Source: Hemiscyllium ocellatum (taxonomy: Eukaryota). Taken from it: a stretch of DNA of 64,000 bases. The stretch covers positions 29,476,370 through 29,540,369 of the forward strand of contig NC_083445.1 in the NCBI RefSeq assembly GCF_020745735.1. Direction: 5' to 3'. The notes beneath the pieces were generated by a model that did no database searches, had not been told where the DNA came from, and was given only the letters and a program-made list of their open reading frames with translations. A program made the translations under genes and the position numbers. Shown piece by piece: positions 10,600-22,835 of this stretch (position 1 is the first letter of the stretch; the number at the start of each line of letters is the position of its first letter).

Positions 10600-12620
10600 A
10601 TGGGTTGTGCCGTGGGTAAGGAAAAAGCCTGCAGGGAAACTGACGAAGAACAAAGCAATGGGAATGGAGGCGGATACCTCCACAAAGTCCATTGGGCAGG
10701 ATATTGTGGAATTAGAAAAATAATACTTGTACAAGGGTAAAAGATGAATAAATATTGTTGCTTTGTATGGACTAAGGAAGCCATTCTTCGTCCAGCCGTC
10801 TTCTGGCCAAAGTACAGGTCGGACGAAGACTGGGTTTGTAAATATCTGAATTTATATGTCAATGAGTGAGAGAGAGAGAATGAAAAGAGCTGTACAGCTG
10901 GTAGAAAATTTAACCCTTTGTAATTTGGTTTGAATGCACATTTGTTTGTTGGTGATTGAATGTTTGTGTTTTATTCCCTGGAGCTTGAGTTCCAGGACTG
11001 TTTTGAATCTGGTTTTTATTATGGAATCTTAACATGATTTTTTTTAAGGTGAAGGATTCTATAGAGATAATGAGAAAAAAAGCTAACTCCTGTTCTTTTT
11101 ACAGGTCATGACTGCCTTACTATCAGTTTCTAACTAATCTCTTTTATCTTTACATAAAAGCGATTTATGGAAGACAGTTGAAGTTTCAGTTCAACATTAG
11201 ATTGTAGTATAAACAAAATTCTATGGTTAATATCTGTGATCTTGGATTCGACAATTGTTCATGCATTAGACGTTTTTTTAACATGAATAGACAAATTCTT
11301 TTAAGGCAGCTCTGATTATTCCACGACCTATAGTATTGTAATTGAGCAATGATTGGTCAGGACTACTTAAGAAAACTAATTTTGGATTTAAATTAAAGGA
11401 CTAAAACTGGATAATTACAGTGGATTTCAAAATTGGGAACTGTATGCACTTTACATTTTAAATATTAAATACTGAATAATTGAACGTAAATCTATAAATA
11501 TATTTACAAGTTAGGAACAGGCTTTAAAGTTAGTCAAGCATGAATTGATGAATTGGTGTTTGAAGTTATGGGGAGCTAGAAATATTGCAATTTTTCTTTA
11601 AAAAAAATAAAAAAGGGGAAGAACATAACAACTTATCCCTTTCGGGAGGATAACAATAGGGGACAAAGAGATTGGGTTTGTAAGGGCCCCCCTCACCAGT
11701 GGGGAGGTCAGAACTTTTAAAAAGAAAATGAAGGTCCTGGTTGAGGATCCAGTAGGGTTGTCTGAACAAATTGATCAATTTTGGGGGCTCAGTCTGTATA
11801 CGTGGGCTGAATTAATGTCTATTTTGAATATAATATTTACTTGGGAAGAAAGGGGACTTATATGAAGAGTAGCCATTAAAATATGGGACAGGGAACACCC
11901 TATTGGAGGTGGGGATGTTGGACAGGGTGAGATGAAGTTTCCCCTCAGAGACCCCCAGTGGGAAAATCAAAGCCCGGAGCATAGAGAAGAAATGAGGGAA
12001 TTGAAAGACTTGATTCTAAAAGTAATAAGAGAGGCAGTTCCAAAGTCGCAGAGTTTGACTAAAGCCTTTGAAGTTAGACAGGAGAAAGATGAGGCTCCTT
12101 CAACTTTCTTGCAAAGATTAAGAGACTCAATGCGGAAATATTCTGGAATGAACCCTGGGGACCCAGTGGCACAGGGTCTTTTGAAAGTACATTTTGTGAC
12201 AAAGGCATGGCCAGACATACAGAGAAAGATACAGAAGATAGAAGGGTGGAGCGAAAAACCATTAGATGAATTGTTAAGAGAGGCACAGAAAGTGTTTGTA
12301 AAGAGAGAGGATGAGTGACAAGAACAGAAGGTGAAAATGATGGTAACCACGGTTGATGAGGTAGTTAAGAAAAGAATGGAACCAATATTGAGCAACCGGA
12401 GCGGCGGGTGGAAGCGTGTAGGAAGAGAGGGAGAGGGAGAGGACAAGGGGGAGCATTTGATACAGGGTTCGAGAGACAGGGGCAGAGATGGAGGTCTCCA
12501 TAGGCAGGATGCTATTATTGTGGAAAGATGGGGCATTTTAGGCGGGAGTGTCCTGATCGACAAAGGGAAGAAAGGGCAATTCTGCTTATGCATTTTGATG
12601 AAGAATAGGGGTGTCAGAGG
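10600..12620 (+). pseudogene. gag: ERV gag, disrupted
   Basis: MG start (MGCAVGK), MA-like KYCCFVWTKE..FWPKYRSDEDWVC, capsid QEKDEAPSTFLQRLRD..FVTKAWPDIQRKIQK, CCHC knuckle CYYCGKMGHFRREC at 12510-12551. Confidence 0.9.
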
Positions 12621-12639
12621 TTCCTGCCTTCAGGGACCC

Positions 12640-14321
12640 ACCAGGAAGCCTTGAAATGAATTTACAAAGAAAGGGGACATTGTCTGTGAGCGACAATATC
12701 CCATTTCCATAGAAGGTAAATGAGAACTTCAGCCAGTAATTGAGGGACTGATTACAGATGAAGTAAGATCCCTCTTGACCACAGATGGTTTAGTGTGATA
12801 GATTTAAAGGATGCCTTTTGGGCTTGTCCCTTGGCGGAGGAAAGTAGGAATTTGTTCGCCTTTGAATGGGAAGACCCCAGAACAGTACGGAAACAGCAAT
12901 ACCAGTAGACCATACTTCCCCCAGGGGTTTACGGAATCCCTGAATCTATTTGGACAGAAGTTAGAACAAATATTGGAGAAATTTAGCAACCCCAAGGGGA
13001 CGACCCTGTTGCAGTATGTAGGCGACCACTTAGTAACAGGAAAAAGAAGAGAAAGCGTAGTAGAAGCCAAGAACAAATTATTGAATTTCCTGGGCCAGCA
13101 GCGCCAGCAAGTATCTAAAAACAAATTACAATATGTGGAGTGAGAAGTGAAATACTGGGGACATTTAGTTAGTGAGGGAAAGCGAAAGATAAGCCCGGAA
13201 CGGATAGAGGGAATAGTGAGGATGCTGCTGCCCAGGACTAAATGGGAGTTAAGTAATGTTTTGGGTCTGACAGGATATTGCAGATTGTGGATTGATTCCT
13301 ATGCTCAAAAGAATTAAATCTCAAACTATTGGAGGAGGAACCAAAATGTCTAAGTTGGGATGATGAGGAAAAAGAACTAGTTGAGGAACTCAAAAGAGAT
13401 ATGATCCATGCCCCCGTGTTAGCCTTACCTTCCCTAGATACACCTTTCCACCTCTTTGCTACTGTGGATAAGGGGGCGGCTTTGGGAGTATTAACCCAGA
13501 GGTGGAGAGGAATAAAACAGCCAGTAGCATATATTTCGAAGCTATTGGATCCAGTATCCCGGGAATGGCCTAAGTGTGTGCAGGCTGTGACTGCCACTGC
13601 GAGTGGGGTGTCTAAAACAATATTGGAGCGCATAATTCCTCGATATCAGGTAGTAAACCGTATAGATTCCGACCAAGGAACTCATTTTACCTCTAAGGTG
13701 TTACAGGGGGTAATGAAAGGGTTGGGAATCTCCTGGGAATTCCAAGCTCCATGGCACCCGCCATCATCAGGAATGGTTGAGAGAATGAACCAAACACTCA
13801 AATGACAGCTCTCTAAATTAATAATAGAAACCAGACTCCCTTGGACCAAATGTTTACCTACAGCTCTCTTGCGAGTACGAACAGCACCAAGGAAAGATTT
13901 GGGACTATCCCCCTATGAAATCTTATTTGGATTACCTTAACTGGGAACGAATGGAGAATTGCCAATTCCCGAAACTAAAGATTTATTCTTAAAGAAGTAT
14001 ATAATGGGCTTGTCCTTCTCTTTGTCTTTCCTCAGGAAACAGGGTTTATTGGCACAGATTCCACCCCTTGAATTCACCGTTCATCCCATCCAGCCGGGAA
14101 ATTGGGTCTTAGTAAAATCATGGACAGAGACTAAATTGCAGCTGGACTGGGAAGGGCCATACCAGGATCTTTTGACTCCCAAAACGGCAATAAGGATGGC
14201 GGAGAAAGGCTGGACTCACTACACTCGGATCAAAGGGCCAGTGGAATCTCCAGTTGAGGAAGATGTCTGGACAGCCGAATCAACGCAAGACCCGCTGAAA
14301 CTCAGACTAAAGAGACTTTGA
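12640..14321 (+). pseudogene. pol: ERV pol (RT, tether, integrase), disrupted and internally deleted
   Basis: DLKDAF, PQGFTESLNLF, LLQYVGDHLV (YVDD mutated), APVLALP, IDSDQGTHFT, WHPPSSGMVERMNQTLK, WEGPYQ. No clear protease or RNase H core seen. Confidence 0.9.
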
Positions 14322-14399
14322 GTAACTGATTATACAGTGACGACGGGAGCGCGGGATTATTTCTGTAGGATTGCATATTAAGTCTTTTTGTGCTTCAGC

Positions 14400-16308
14400 A
14401 TGATGTATAGAGTACTGGGAATGCTTAGAGTTATGATGCTAGCCCTCTTAGTACTGGGATTTGTCATATATCACTTTCATATGCATTATTAACGGTTCCT
14501 GAGTCTGATAATCTACAAGTAATAGACGCTGATGCATGCAGCTTAGTAAATTGTGTGGATGTAGATAATCAGAGACAGTAGCGCAGCTCTGAGATACATC
14601 TTAAGCGCTATGGGGATGGTACTTGGTATAATGGTCTCGTCACAGTATACCGGACCCCCTTCCAGCCAGCTCGCGATTGTCCCGATAAAAAGTGTAACCC
14701 AATATACCTGACAATAAAGAAAACCTCAGGGCACGTTGCAATTCTGTGTGTGTGTGTGTGTGGGGGGGGGTGTGTGTGGTGAACCTATGGGATACAATTA
14801 AATGAAACATTTGTGATAGAAATGAAAGCAAATGGAAAGGATTTCTCTGGCTGTTGTTTTCGAATTGGTGTAGAATAGGGAAAACAGGTGGAACTATTGG
14901 ATAATAAGACACAACCTTCACCCTCCCGCTGATCCTAAAGTAGTAAAAATTATAGAGGTAAAGGATTTGAAACAGATGATCAAAATAGAAACTGGGTACG
15001 GGGACGCAAATGCCTGGGTTGAATGGGTAAAGTATACTGTAAAAAGTCTGAACAAAAGCAATTGCTATGCATGTGCCTCCGGTAAGCCAGTGGCCCAGGT
15101 GGTTCCCTTTCCGCTCGGGTGGAAGCGAGACAGACAGGGTATGAAATGTATGATAGCCCTGTATCAGGATGAGACTGCATGATAGGAATTGTACCTCCCT
15201 ATCTCTGATGTTCCTTCCCTTGGAGAGGAAAGATGCAAAAGACCGCCCAACATTTTCCGCCACATATGGAAATCACACGTCGTGTGTGCGCAGACGAGTT
15301 ACAAGTTTGTCTAGAGATTTGGGGGTGCTGAAATAGTGTACAGAGATTTAAAATGTTACCGAAACGGAGAAGGGAGGGAACTACTCAGCACTAAAGGTTC
15401 CCCGAGCGGATCTGTCGTGGTACTGTGGAGGCAAAATGTTGAGACCCACCCTCCCTCCGGATTGGAGAGGGATATGTGCAATTGTACAATTGGCAATTCC
15501 ATTTACCCTGGCATTTGAGAAGGAAAAGATAGTAGGGAAAAAGAGAAGTGGTAAAAGATCACTGTTAGACACTTCTTTCGATGACAGGATTTATCTCGTT
15601 CTATAGAAGTCCCTGCTGGGGGAGGGGGGGTGGGGTGTACCTGATGAGTTCAAGGCTCGTAACCGGATTGCAGCAGGCTTTGAGCCAGCTCACTTTTGGT
15701 GGGTGACAATTCATAAAAATGTAGATTGGAAAAATTACATTTTCTATAATCAACAGCGATTTATAAATTATACAAGAGATGCAGTTAAAGAAATATCAGA
15801 ACAGCTTGATGTGACAAGTAGGATGGCCTTGGAGAACAGAATGGCCCTTTTGATATGATTTTAGCAGAAAAAGGATGTGTGTGTGCGTGTGATGTTCGGA
15901 GGAAGCTGTTGTACCTTTAGTCCTAATAACACTGCTTCTGATGGTTCTATTACTCGGGCCTTAAGGGGATTGACTACTTTAGCAGAGGAGCTGACTGAGA
16001 ATTCAGGAGTAGACACGTCCCTCACGGGATGGCTTGAATCCTGGTTTGAAAGATGGAAGGGGGTGGTGGGTTCCATCCTTACTTCCCTGATAGTAGTAGT
16101 CGGGGTGTTGGTGGCCGTTGGCTGTTGTATCATACCCTGAATACGAGGGCTCACCCAAAGACTGATTGAGACAGCCTTAATGAAACAGATGCCCCAAAAA
16201 GGGAATCAGGCAGAGGAACTTTATCAACTGAATAATGCAGGGATGAGTGAGACCAAGATGGATGAAATCTCCGGAATGATGCTTGCGAATTTCGGGGGCG
16301 ATGCTTAA
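14400..16308 (+). pseudogene. env: ERV env (gamma-type SU-TM), disrupted
   Basis: Hydrophobic leader at 14400; ETGYGDANAWVEWVKY..CYAC (CXXC); immunosuppressive-like ENRMAL.DMILAEKG; CX6CC-like C(V)MFGGSCC; membrane anchor ILTSLIVVVGVLVAVGCCIIP. Confidence 0.9.
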
Positions 16309-16340
16309 CAGAAAAATGCAGAAGATAACAAATGGTAATT

Positions 16341-16357
16341 AAAGAAAAAGGGGTAAT
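16341..16357 (+). promoter_or_regulatory. Polypurine tract
   Basis: AAAGAAAAAGGGGTAAT directly before the 3' LTR. Confidence 0.85.
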
Positions 16358-17098
16358 TGTGTGATATAGGTAAACTAGTGTTACTTCTGCTATTATAATT
16401 CCTTATACAAAGTAAATGAACTCACACCAGTGTGTAATTGTTTCAGCCAAGAGCTGAGTCAACAAGAATGGAAACTATGTGGAGGAAATGCATATTTTGT
16501 CTGTATTAGCTAAAACTGTACGCAAGAAAAAAATGGGACTGCAAAACAATGGTAGAAATGCAGGCGATTGGGTAAGATGCTGTGAGGAGAGGCAGTTAAG
16601 TTAGATACGCCTGTACAAAGAGTAGGTATAAACATCTGTTTCCCACTTTTATAGAAACACAGGCACAAACCCCAATTAAAAGGGTCTTAACGATAAGATG
16701 CTGTGAGGGGCGGCACAGATGGAGGGAGTACATAATGGTAAGGCAAGGATATGCCTAACAATAACAACAGCAGGATGAGGTCAAACAGCATTGTGAGGCC
16801 AGAAATAAGCATTTTGTCACAGACAAGGCCCGATAAGGCAAGAGGTAAACAGGAGTAATGGGTACCGGTCTTAGGGAAGTGAAGGATGTAAACAGGGGAG
16901 GAGCAATGAAATATAAAAAAATATAGAAACCAAATTATATAAATATCGAGTATTCGTAATATTCAGTGTGTAAGTCCCTTGCCTTGTAGACAGACAGTGG
17001 ACATCATACCCTCTTGCAAGAGTAAAATAAAGGACACTACTGATTCAGATCTTGTTTCAGACTGAAATTATTGAAGTGTGTGAACTTAGTTTCTCACA
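16358..17098 (+). repeat. ERV 3' LTR
   Basis: Starts TGTGTGATATAGG, ends TTTCTCACA; colinear with the 5' LTR. Confidence 0.9.
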
Positions 17099-17099
17099 A

Positions 17100-17705
17100 T
17101 GGGTTGTGGGAATGTGGCAGTGTTGGAGAGCAGAGGGCAGTTTTGGACGGTGTTTGGAGCAGGGAAGCAGTGTGCGACAGGGGTTGGGGGCAGAAGAGAG
17201 TTGTTTGACGGGTTTGGGGGCGGGGTGTGTTGGTCGACTTTAGGGGCAGGAGAGCAGAGTGGGACGGGGTTGGGAGCAGAGTTGCGTTGAATGGGGTTGG
17301 TTTCAGTGACAGTGTTGGATATTGTTGGGGCGGTATTGGACGGGTTTGGGGATGGGGGCGAAGTTGGAGGTCAGAGCGGTGCTGGATGGGGTTGGGGTGG
17401 GGGCGGTGTTGGATAGGGGGCAGTGGTGTGCAGAGTTGGATGGGGCTGGGTATTGGAGGCAGGCAGGGAGTGGGGGATTGTGTTGGGCTGATTAAGGGGG
17501 AGTGAGTTGGGGCAGAGGGTATTTTGGGAGGGGTTTGGGGGCGGTGTTGGTGGGATTGGGTGGACGGGAGACGGTGTTGGACAGGGTTTGGGGGCCGGTT
17601 CGGTGTTGTACGGAGCTGGGATATTGTCAGGGGCGTTGTTGGACGGGTTTGGAAGTGTGGGAGACGCTGTTGGACAGGATGTGGGGGGCGGGAGCGGTGT
17701 TGGAT
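17100..17705. repeat. G/T-rich low-complexity minisatellite
   Basis: Degenerate repeats of GGTGTTGGACGGGTTTGGGGGC-like units. Confidence 0.8.
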
Positions 17706-17707
17706 GG

Positions 17708-17883
17708 GGCTTAGCGTGGCCAATTCACCTAACCTGCACGTTTTTGGAGTGTGGGAGGAAACCAGTGCAGACACGGGAAGAATGTGCAAACTCCACACAG
17801 TCAGTCGGCTGAGGTGAGAATTGAACGCACGTCTCTGGCGCTGTGAGGCAACAGTGCTAACCACTGTGCCACCACGCCACCCA
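17708..17883 (-). mobile_element. HE1-type SINE, 5' part
   Basis: Reverse complement of GTGGCGTGGTGGCACAGTGGTTAGCACTGTTGCCTCACAGCGCC and V-domain. Confidence 0.85.
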
Positions 17884-18057
17884 CTAATACGATTCAACAT
17901 TACAAAATGGTCTTGATCACTTGGGTCAGTGGGTTGAGGAGTGTCAACTTGAGTTTAATTTCGACAAATGCAAGATGTAACATTTTAGTAAAACAAACAA
18001 GAGTAAGACTTGTTGTAATTGGGGATAATGTGTCTTTGCAATTGGAATGATGTGAGT

Positions 18058-19790
18058 GATGCCAGTTTTAGACTGGGGTGGACAAAGTCAAAAATCACAC
18101 GACACTGGTTTATACTCCCTCGGGTTTATTTGGATGCACTAGCTTTTTGAAGCATTGCTCCTTCCTCAGGCAGCAATTGAGAGAGAGGAAATCGGGCACA
18201 GAATTTGTAGAAAAGACCAAACCAGTCATACAACATGTGTGAATGTATCAAACAAACCTCGATGTCTTTTAAGTCTTTAGTATGTTAGAATGGAAGTACA
18301 GGTTCCGATTAATTAATTTGTCAATCTCTGCCTCAATATACCTTCCGATTTTATCAAAATATAGGTGAGACTTCGGTCAGACAATGCATTTTAGGTGTGA
18401 GGCCATGTTTCAAGCCTGTTTGTACCTCAGCCTGGAGCAAGAGTGGTTTTACTTCAGAAGTAGGAATTTATAAAATGTCATCTTGACTGACTATCTACGA
18501 ACTGTATGCTTCTGGGGAAAAAAAGATAGAATGTATCTGAAAATTGAAATCTGAAAATTCAATTTCACCCCATAGAAATATATGTGTGTTTGAGGAAGAG
18601 GGAGGGAGACAGTCCGGGGGTGTGGATGTGTTTGTGTTTGCGTGTGCTCTTGTGAGAGTGTGTGTGTGTTTGCTTGAGAGGGAGTGTGTATGAGTGTGAA
18701 CAAGTATGCGTGAGGGCATTCATGTGAGTGTGTGCAACAATGTGTGTGCTTGTGAGAGAGTGCGCATGATTCTGAGAGATGATGTGCCTGTGAGAGAGTG
18801 TGGTGCGTGTCTGTATGAAAGAGCATCTGTGTGAAAGTGTGTGCTTGTGTCTTTATGTAAGAGAGTATGAGTGTGTACACATGTGGGAGTATTTGCATGT
18901 AAGCGAGTGCAAGTGTATAAGAGAGGGTCTGCGAGAGGGTGTGTGTGAGTGTGAGGGACTATATGCATATGATGCAGTATATGGATGTGAGAAAGTTTGA
19001 GTTTGAGAGAGGTTGTGTATCTATGAGAGGGGGTCTGAGTGAGTGTGGGAGTGTAATTGTGTGTGAATGTGTGTGTATGAGTCTATGATATGAACCCAAG
19101 ATCCTGGCTGATACCATCCTCATGGGTTCTGAACATAGCTATCAGTTTCTATACCCCAACTCTGCATTATTGCATTAACCGAAGTCTGCCTTGGAGGACA
19201 TTGACCTGAAGACCCTGTGCTGAATGTCCTTGACCGCTGAAGTGATCCCTCCACCCCGTCCCCGGAGGGAACATTCCTGTCTGGCGATTGTTGCGTTGTA
19301 TCCATTTATCGGCTGTTGTAGCATCTGTTTCATTTTGCCACTGTGCCATTCCTCAAGACAACCTTGCCTGCAGGGACGGAGACAAACATCATTCATCAAG
19401 TCGCATGAGTATCTTCCGGGCACATGGCGAGTGATATCCCCATGTGTAATGGTAGTATCCCTGTCTATGTTATGGCGTGTTGTTACAAAGAGAGAGTTGC
19501 ATGGTGTTGTGGTCAATGTTGTGCTGAAGGTGGGGAAGTTTGCTCCGTACAATCCTCTGTTTAAGATTTGAAGAGGAGGAGAGGAGAAGTGGAGGCATAG
19601 TGCAGACCTTGGCGAGGTGCTCATAATCAACGATGCTGTGTTTCAGACTGCAAAGTACAGGGCATAGTCTCTCCATTCCCAGGAAGGACTGGACAACGAA
19701 GGGTATCCTTTGGTCATATCCCCTGTCTGTCTCCTGAGGAGGTCATGACGGTTTTATGTTGTGGACTTCTTTAAAAGAACAGGATATGAT
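18058..19790 (-). mobile_element. Penelope-like element 3' part (GIY-YIG remnant, microsatellite, pseudo-LTR)
   Basis: Minus-strand GRYSCDLMNDVCL.PC.QGC.EEWH.GKMKQ.LQQ.ING GIY-YIG-like remnant; TG-rich tract; terminal repeat with decayed hammerhead near 18140-18170. Confidence 0.8.
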
Positions 19791-19799
19791 GCTCAACTC

Positions 19800-20476
19800 A
19801 TCGATAGCCAGTTTCGACATGCCACAGTGAGAAACTGCAATTACCTCCTCAGGAGACAGACAAGGGATAGGACCGTTGGGGTACACTTTGTTGTTTAGCA
19901 CTTCCCGGGAGCAGAGAAACTATGTCATGTACTTCACAGCCTGCAACACATTATCGCTGAACATGAACACCTTGCCAAGATGTTTCTACCCCGACACTTC
20001 TCATCCTAAAATAACTGCCAAACCTTAAAGAGACCATTGTTCACAAAAAACTGCCCAGTCTACAGGCCAACATCGACCACAACACCACTTAGCAACCACT
20101 GCAAGACATGTGAAACCATCGATATGGATGCTACCATTACATGTGGGGACAGCACCCACCACGTGCGTGGCAGGTATCCCATACACTGTAAGCAAGGATG
20201 CCCCAAGGCATAGTATATTGGCGAGAACAAGCAAATACTATCACATCTGAATGGACTCCACACAATAATTGACAGACAGGTCTGTTCACTCCCAGTTGGA
20301 GAACACTTCAGCAGACAAGGATATTCAACCTTGGATCTTCAACTGAACATCCTTCACGGTGGAATTTGAGATACACAACAACGCAGAGTCGTCAAGCAGA
20401 GGCTGATAGCCATGTTCAGTACACCTGAGGACGGGCTCAATCAGGAACTTGGCTTCATGTCACACGAAAGTCACAA

Positions 20477-20530
<54 letters not shown>

Positions 20531-20966
20531 CTGGGGTAAATTTGAATTTGCAGGCAGTTACACCATGCGACATTTGATAAATTTAGTAAATAAAACCAGT
20601 CTGACTCCAGGTTGTGATACAGACAGAATCTAAAATCAAATGCATTGCCTGAGCTGAGATGTCACCTTTATAATATAGTGAGAAAGCCTTTAGCTACCTT
20701 GGGGGTAGTGACTTAAATGAAATTCTGGGATTTCCATATTAATCGATCAAAACCTGCATCCTTATTTTAGGTGATTAAAGACTGAACAGCAATTTGGGTT
20801 TGTCTAATAGATTGCATCAGTTATATGATACTTCGAAGTTTTACTCTAAATTCTGTATCCTATGTATCCTGTTTCACTAGCTACCTGACATAGGAGCAGC
20901 GCTCTGAAAGCTGGAACTTTGAACTAAGCCTGTTGGACTATGACCTGGAGTTGTGTGATTATTAAC
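19800..20966 (+). mobile_element. Penelope-like element 3' part, inverted partner of 18058-19790
   Basis: YIGENKQ..LPVGEHFS..QRLIAMFSTPEDGLNQELGFMSH, (CA)n at 20479-20528, pseudo-LTR with decayed hammerhead near 20884-20912. Confidence 0.85.
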
Positions 20967-21281
20967 TCACTCAATGTCAGTTACTTCAACACAAAGACAA
21001 GCAACAATATATTTCACTCTATTGCTTTGCACTTATTGATTAATATTTTGATGATATACAAATTGAAGTTATAGATACAGTCAGTGGGATGGTGCCTTTT
21101 CCCACTGGCCCCTGAGTTGAGAGAAACATTGTAATGTGTCCCCGTAACCGTGCCCCCGCCCCACCTCCTCCCCGGTGGGATAACATTGTACAAACCAGCG
21201 CTATCCTCAGTCTGTTACCATAGCGACAGACTGCTTCATTGCTGAAACATTGAAATGACGTGAAAATCCTGGATAGAATGA

Positions 21282-22189
21282 TTAATGAGTGAGTGTGATG
21301 AATTGAGGAATTTGGATGAAGGGATATTTCAGAACATTCTTCAGCTGCTGTCTGAACTTAGTCTGGGTCACGGCATAAATCGCGGTGTTTGTGCAGCAAC
21401 TGAGGAGTTGCAGCATGAAGCCCAATTCCCGCACAAACCAGTGCAGTGACACAGTCTTATAACCAATCAAAAACATCCGGTACCATATAGAATACACCAT
21501 GAACATTGACCACAACAGGATGAAATTGGCCGAAATCACCATCAGTAAGATGACAGATTTTGTGCGATTTTGCATTTCTGTGTCACACTGACCATCCCCA
21601 TTGGTGTGGGCCCAGAGTCTCCTGCGGGATCTGCTGGTCACTAAGATATGCCTTACGGTGATAACGTTGAGCAGCAGAATCAGGAGAAAGGGGAGAGTCG
21701 GGTTTAGAATGTGGTGGAGGAATTCGATAGTGACCCAGACATGAGATAGCTGATCATTCCTTGTTAGATAACAAAACCAGGGATTGTTCTGCAGCCAATA
21801 CCAACGTGAGAGCATAAAATACCAGAAAATGTTCTTCAAAAAGCTCAGCACAGTTACTGCTCCCAGAACCGTATTTGCCGTTTTCTTACTGCAATATTTA
21901 CTTTTCAGCTTCTGGCAACAAATGGCCACAAATCGATCAAAGGTGAAAGTGACAGTAAACCAGACAGAACAGTCAGTGGCTGCATAAAGCAGGACGGCGT
22001 GGATATTACACACGGGGATGGACTCCAGGAAGTAAAACTGTTCCTGATATACGATGGGAATGTGCCTCCATATCACATCAAGGATAACGACGAGTACATC
22101 CGCCACTGCCATGGTTCCCAGGTAACGACTGACACATGCAGACAATCCACAATCTTTATAAAGCAGGACGATGATCGTCACTACGTTAA
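21282..22189 (-). CDS. Exon 2 of a GPR139-like class A GPCR
   Basis: Open frame with no stops; acceptor TTTTCCTTCATCACAG (intron ends at 22190), phase 1. Motifs CGLSACVSRYL..MAVAD, TFDRFVAICC (DRY-like), several hydrophobic helices, CCTNTAIYAVTQTKFR (NPxxY-like). Orthology to GPR139 is not established. Confidence 0.9.
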
Positions 22190-22739
22190 CTGTGATGAAG
22201 GAAAACAAACACATTATGCATCAGCCTGGAGGCAGTTTATCAGTTTCATTGAGGACCAGTGTGATTTTCGAATGTGTAACTGTATTCAGATATGTATTGA
22301 CGTAATTGGAGCTGAATTAATAAGTGGGAAATTTTGACTTGCTTATGACATAAAACTAAACAAATAATTTTCCCTAAACGGACGATTATATTTCCATAAG
22401 AACAGATGATTTCTAGAACATTCCCGAGCAGTTTATGACTTGAGATCAGACACAGGCCACTTTTTTACAGTGCCTAATACAAAGGGTGAAATCGTTGCCG
22501 CCCTGAAGGATTCTTTTCCAGTTCATTGAAGACAGACGAAGGTTGGAAATTTCTGCGTCTCTTTGTCTAAATTCTGTTGGATCGTCTGCAGTGATGAAAT
22601 GTAAAAAAAAATGGAAAATGTATTCACCCCTTTATCTACCTGAGGGGGCTACGAAATAGTCTTCTTTCCCCAGACCAGGATCTCTTCCTTCGGGATCTTA
22701 TCTTTTGTTCAATCAACTGATGTCCGGCTGTTCAAAAAT

Positions 22740-22835
22740 AGTATCAGAAAGTGTGGGGCTGGAAAAGCAGTCAGTCAGGCAGCATCCGAGCAGCAGGAAA
22801 ATCGACATTTGGGGCATAAGCTCTTCATCAGTGAT
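22740..22835 (-). mobile_element. Penelope pseudo-LTR fragment with decayed hammerhead
   Basis: GCTGGAAAAGCAG..GCAGCATCCGAG..ATTTGGGGCATAAGCTCTTCATCAG. Confidence 0.65.

Larger units (their letters stand above)
9561..17098 (+). mobile_element. Near full-length endogenous retrovirus (class I, ERV1/gamma-epsilon-like), non-coding
   Basis: Two homologous TG...CA LTRs of about 740 bp, PBS, gag, pol, env and PPT in canonical order; many stops, frameshifts and deletions. Confidence 0.95.

Noticed and set aside
11967-12593. 208-aa minus-strand ORF
   Set aside because: Antisense to ERV gag, with no protein-like features.
14640-15263. 207-aa minus-strand ORF
   Set aside because: Antisense to ERV env and includes a microsatellite.
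17094-17900. 268-aa Pro-rich ORF and overlapping Gly-rich ORFs
   Set aside because: Translation artefacts of a G/T minisatellite plus an HE1 SINE.
18491-19000. His/Thr-rich and Cys/Val-rich ORFs
   Set aside because: Derived from (TG)n-like low-complexity sequence.
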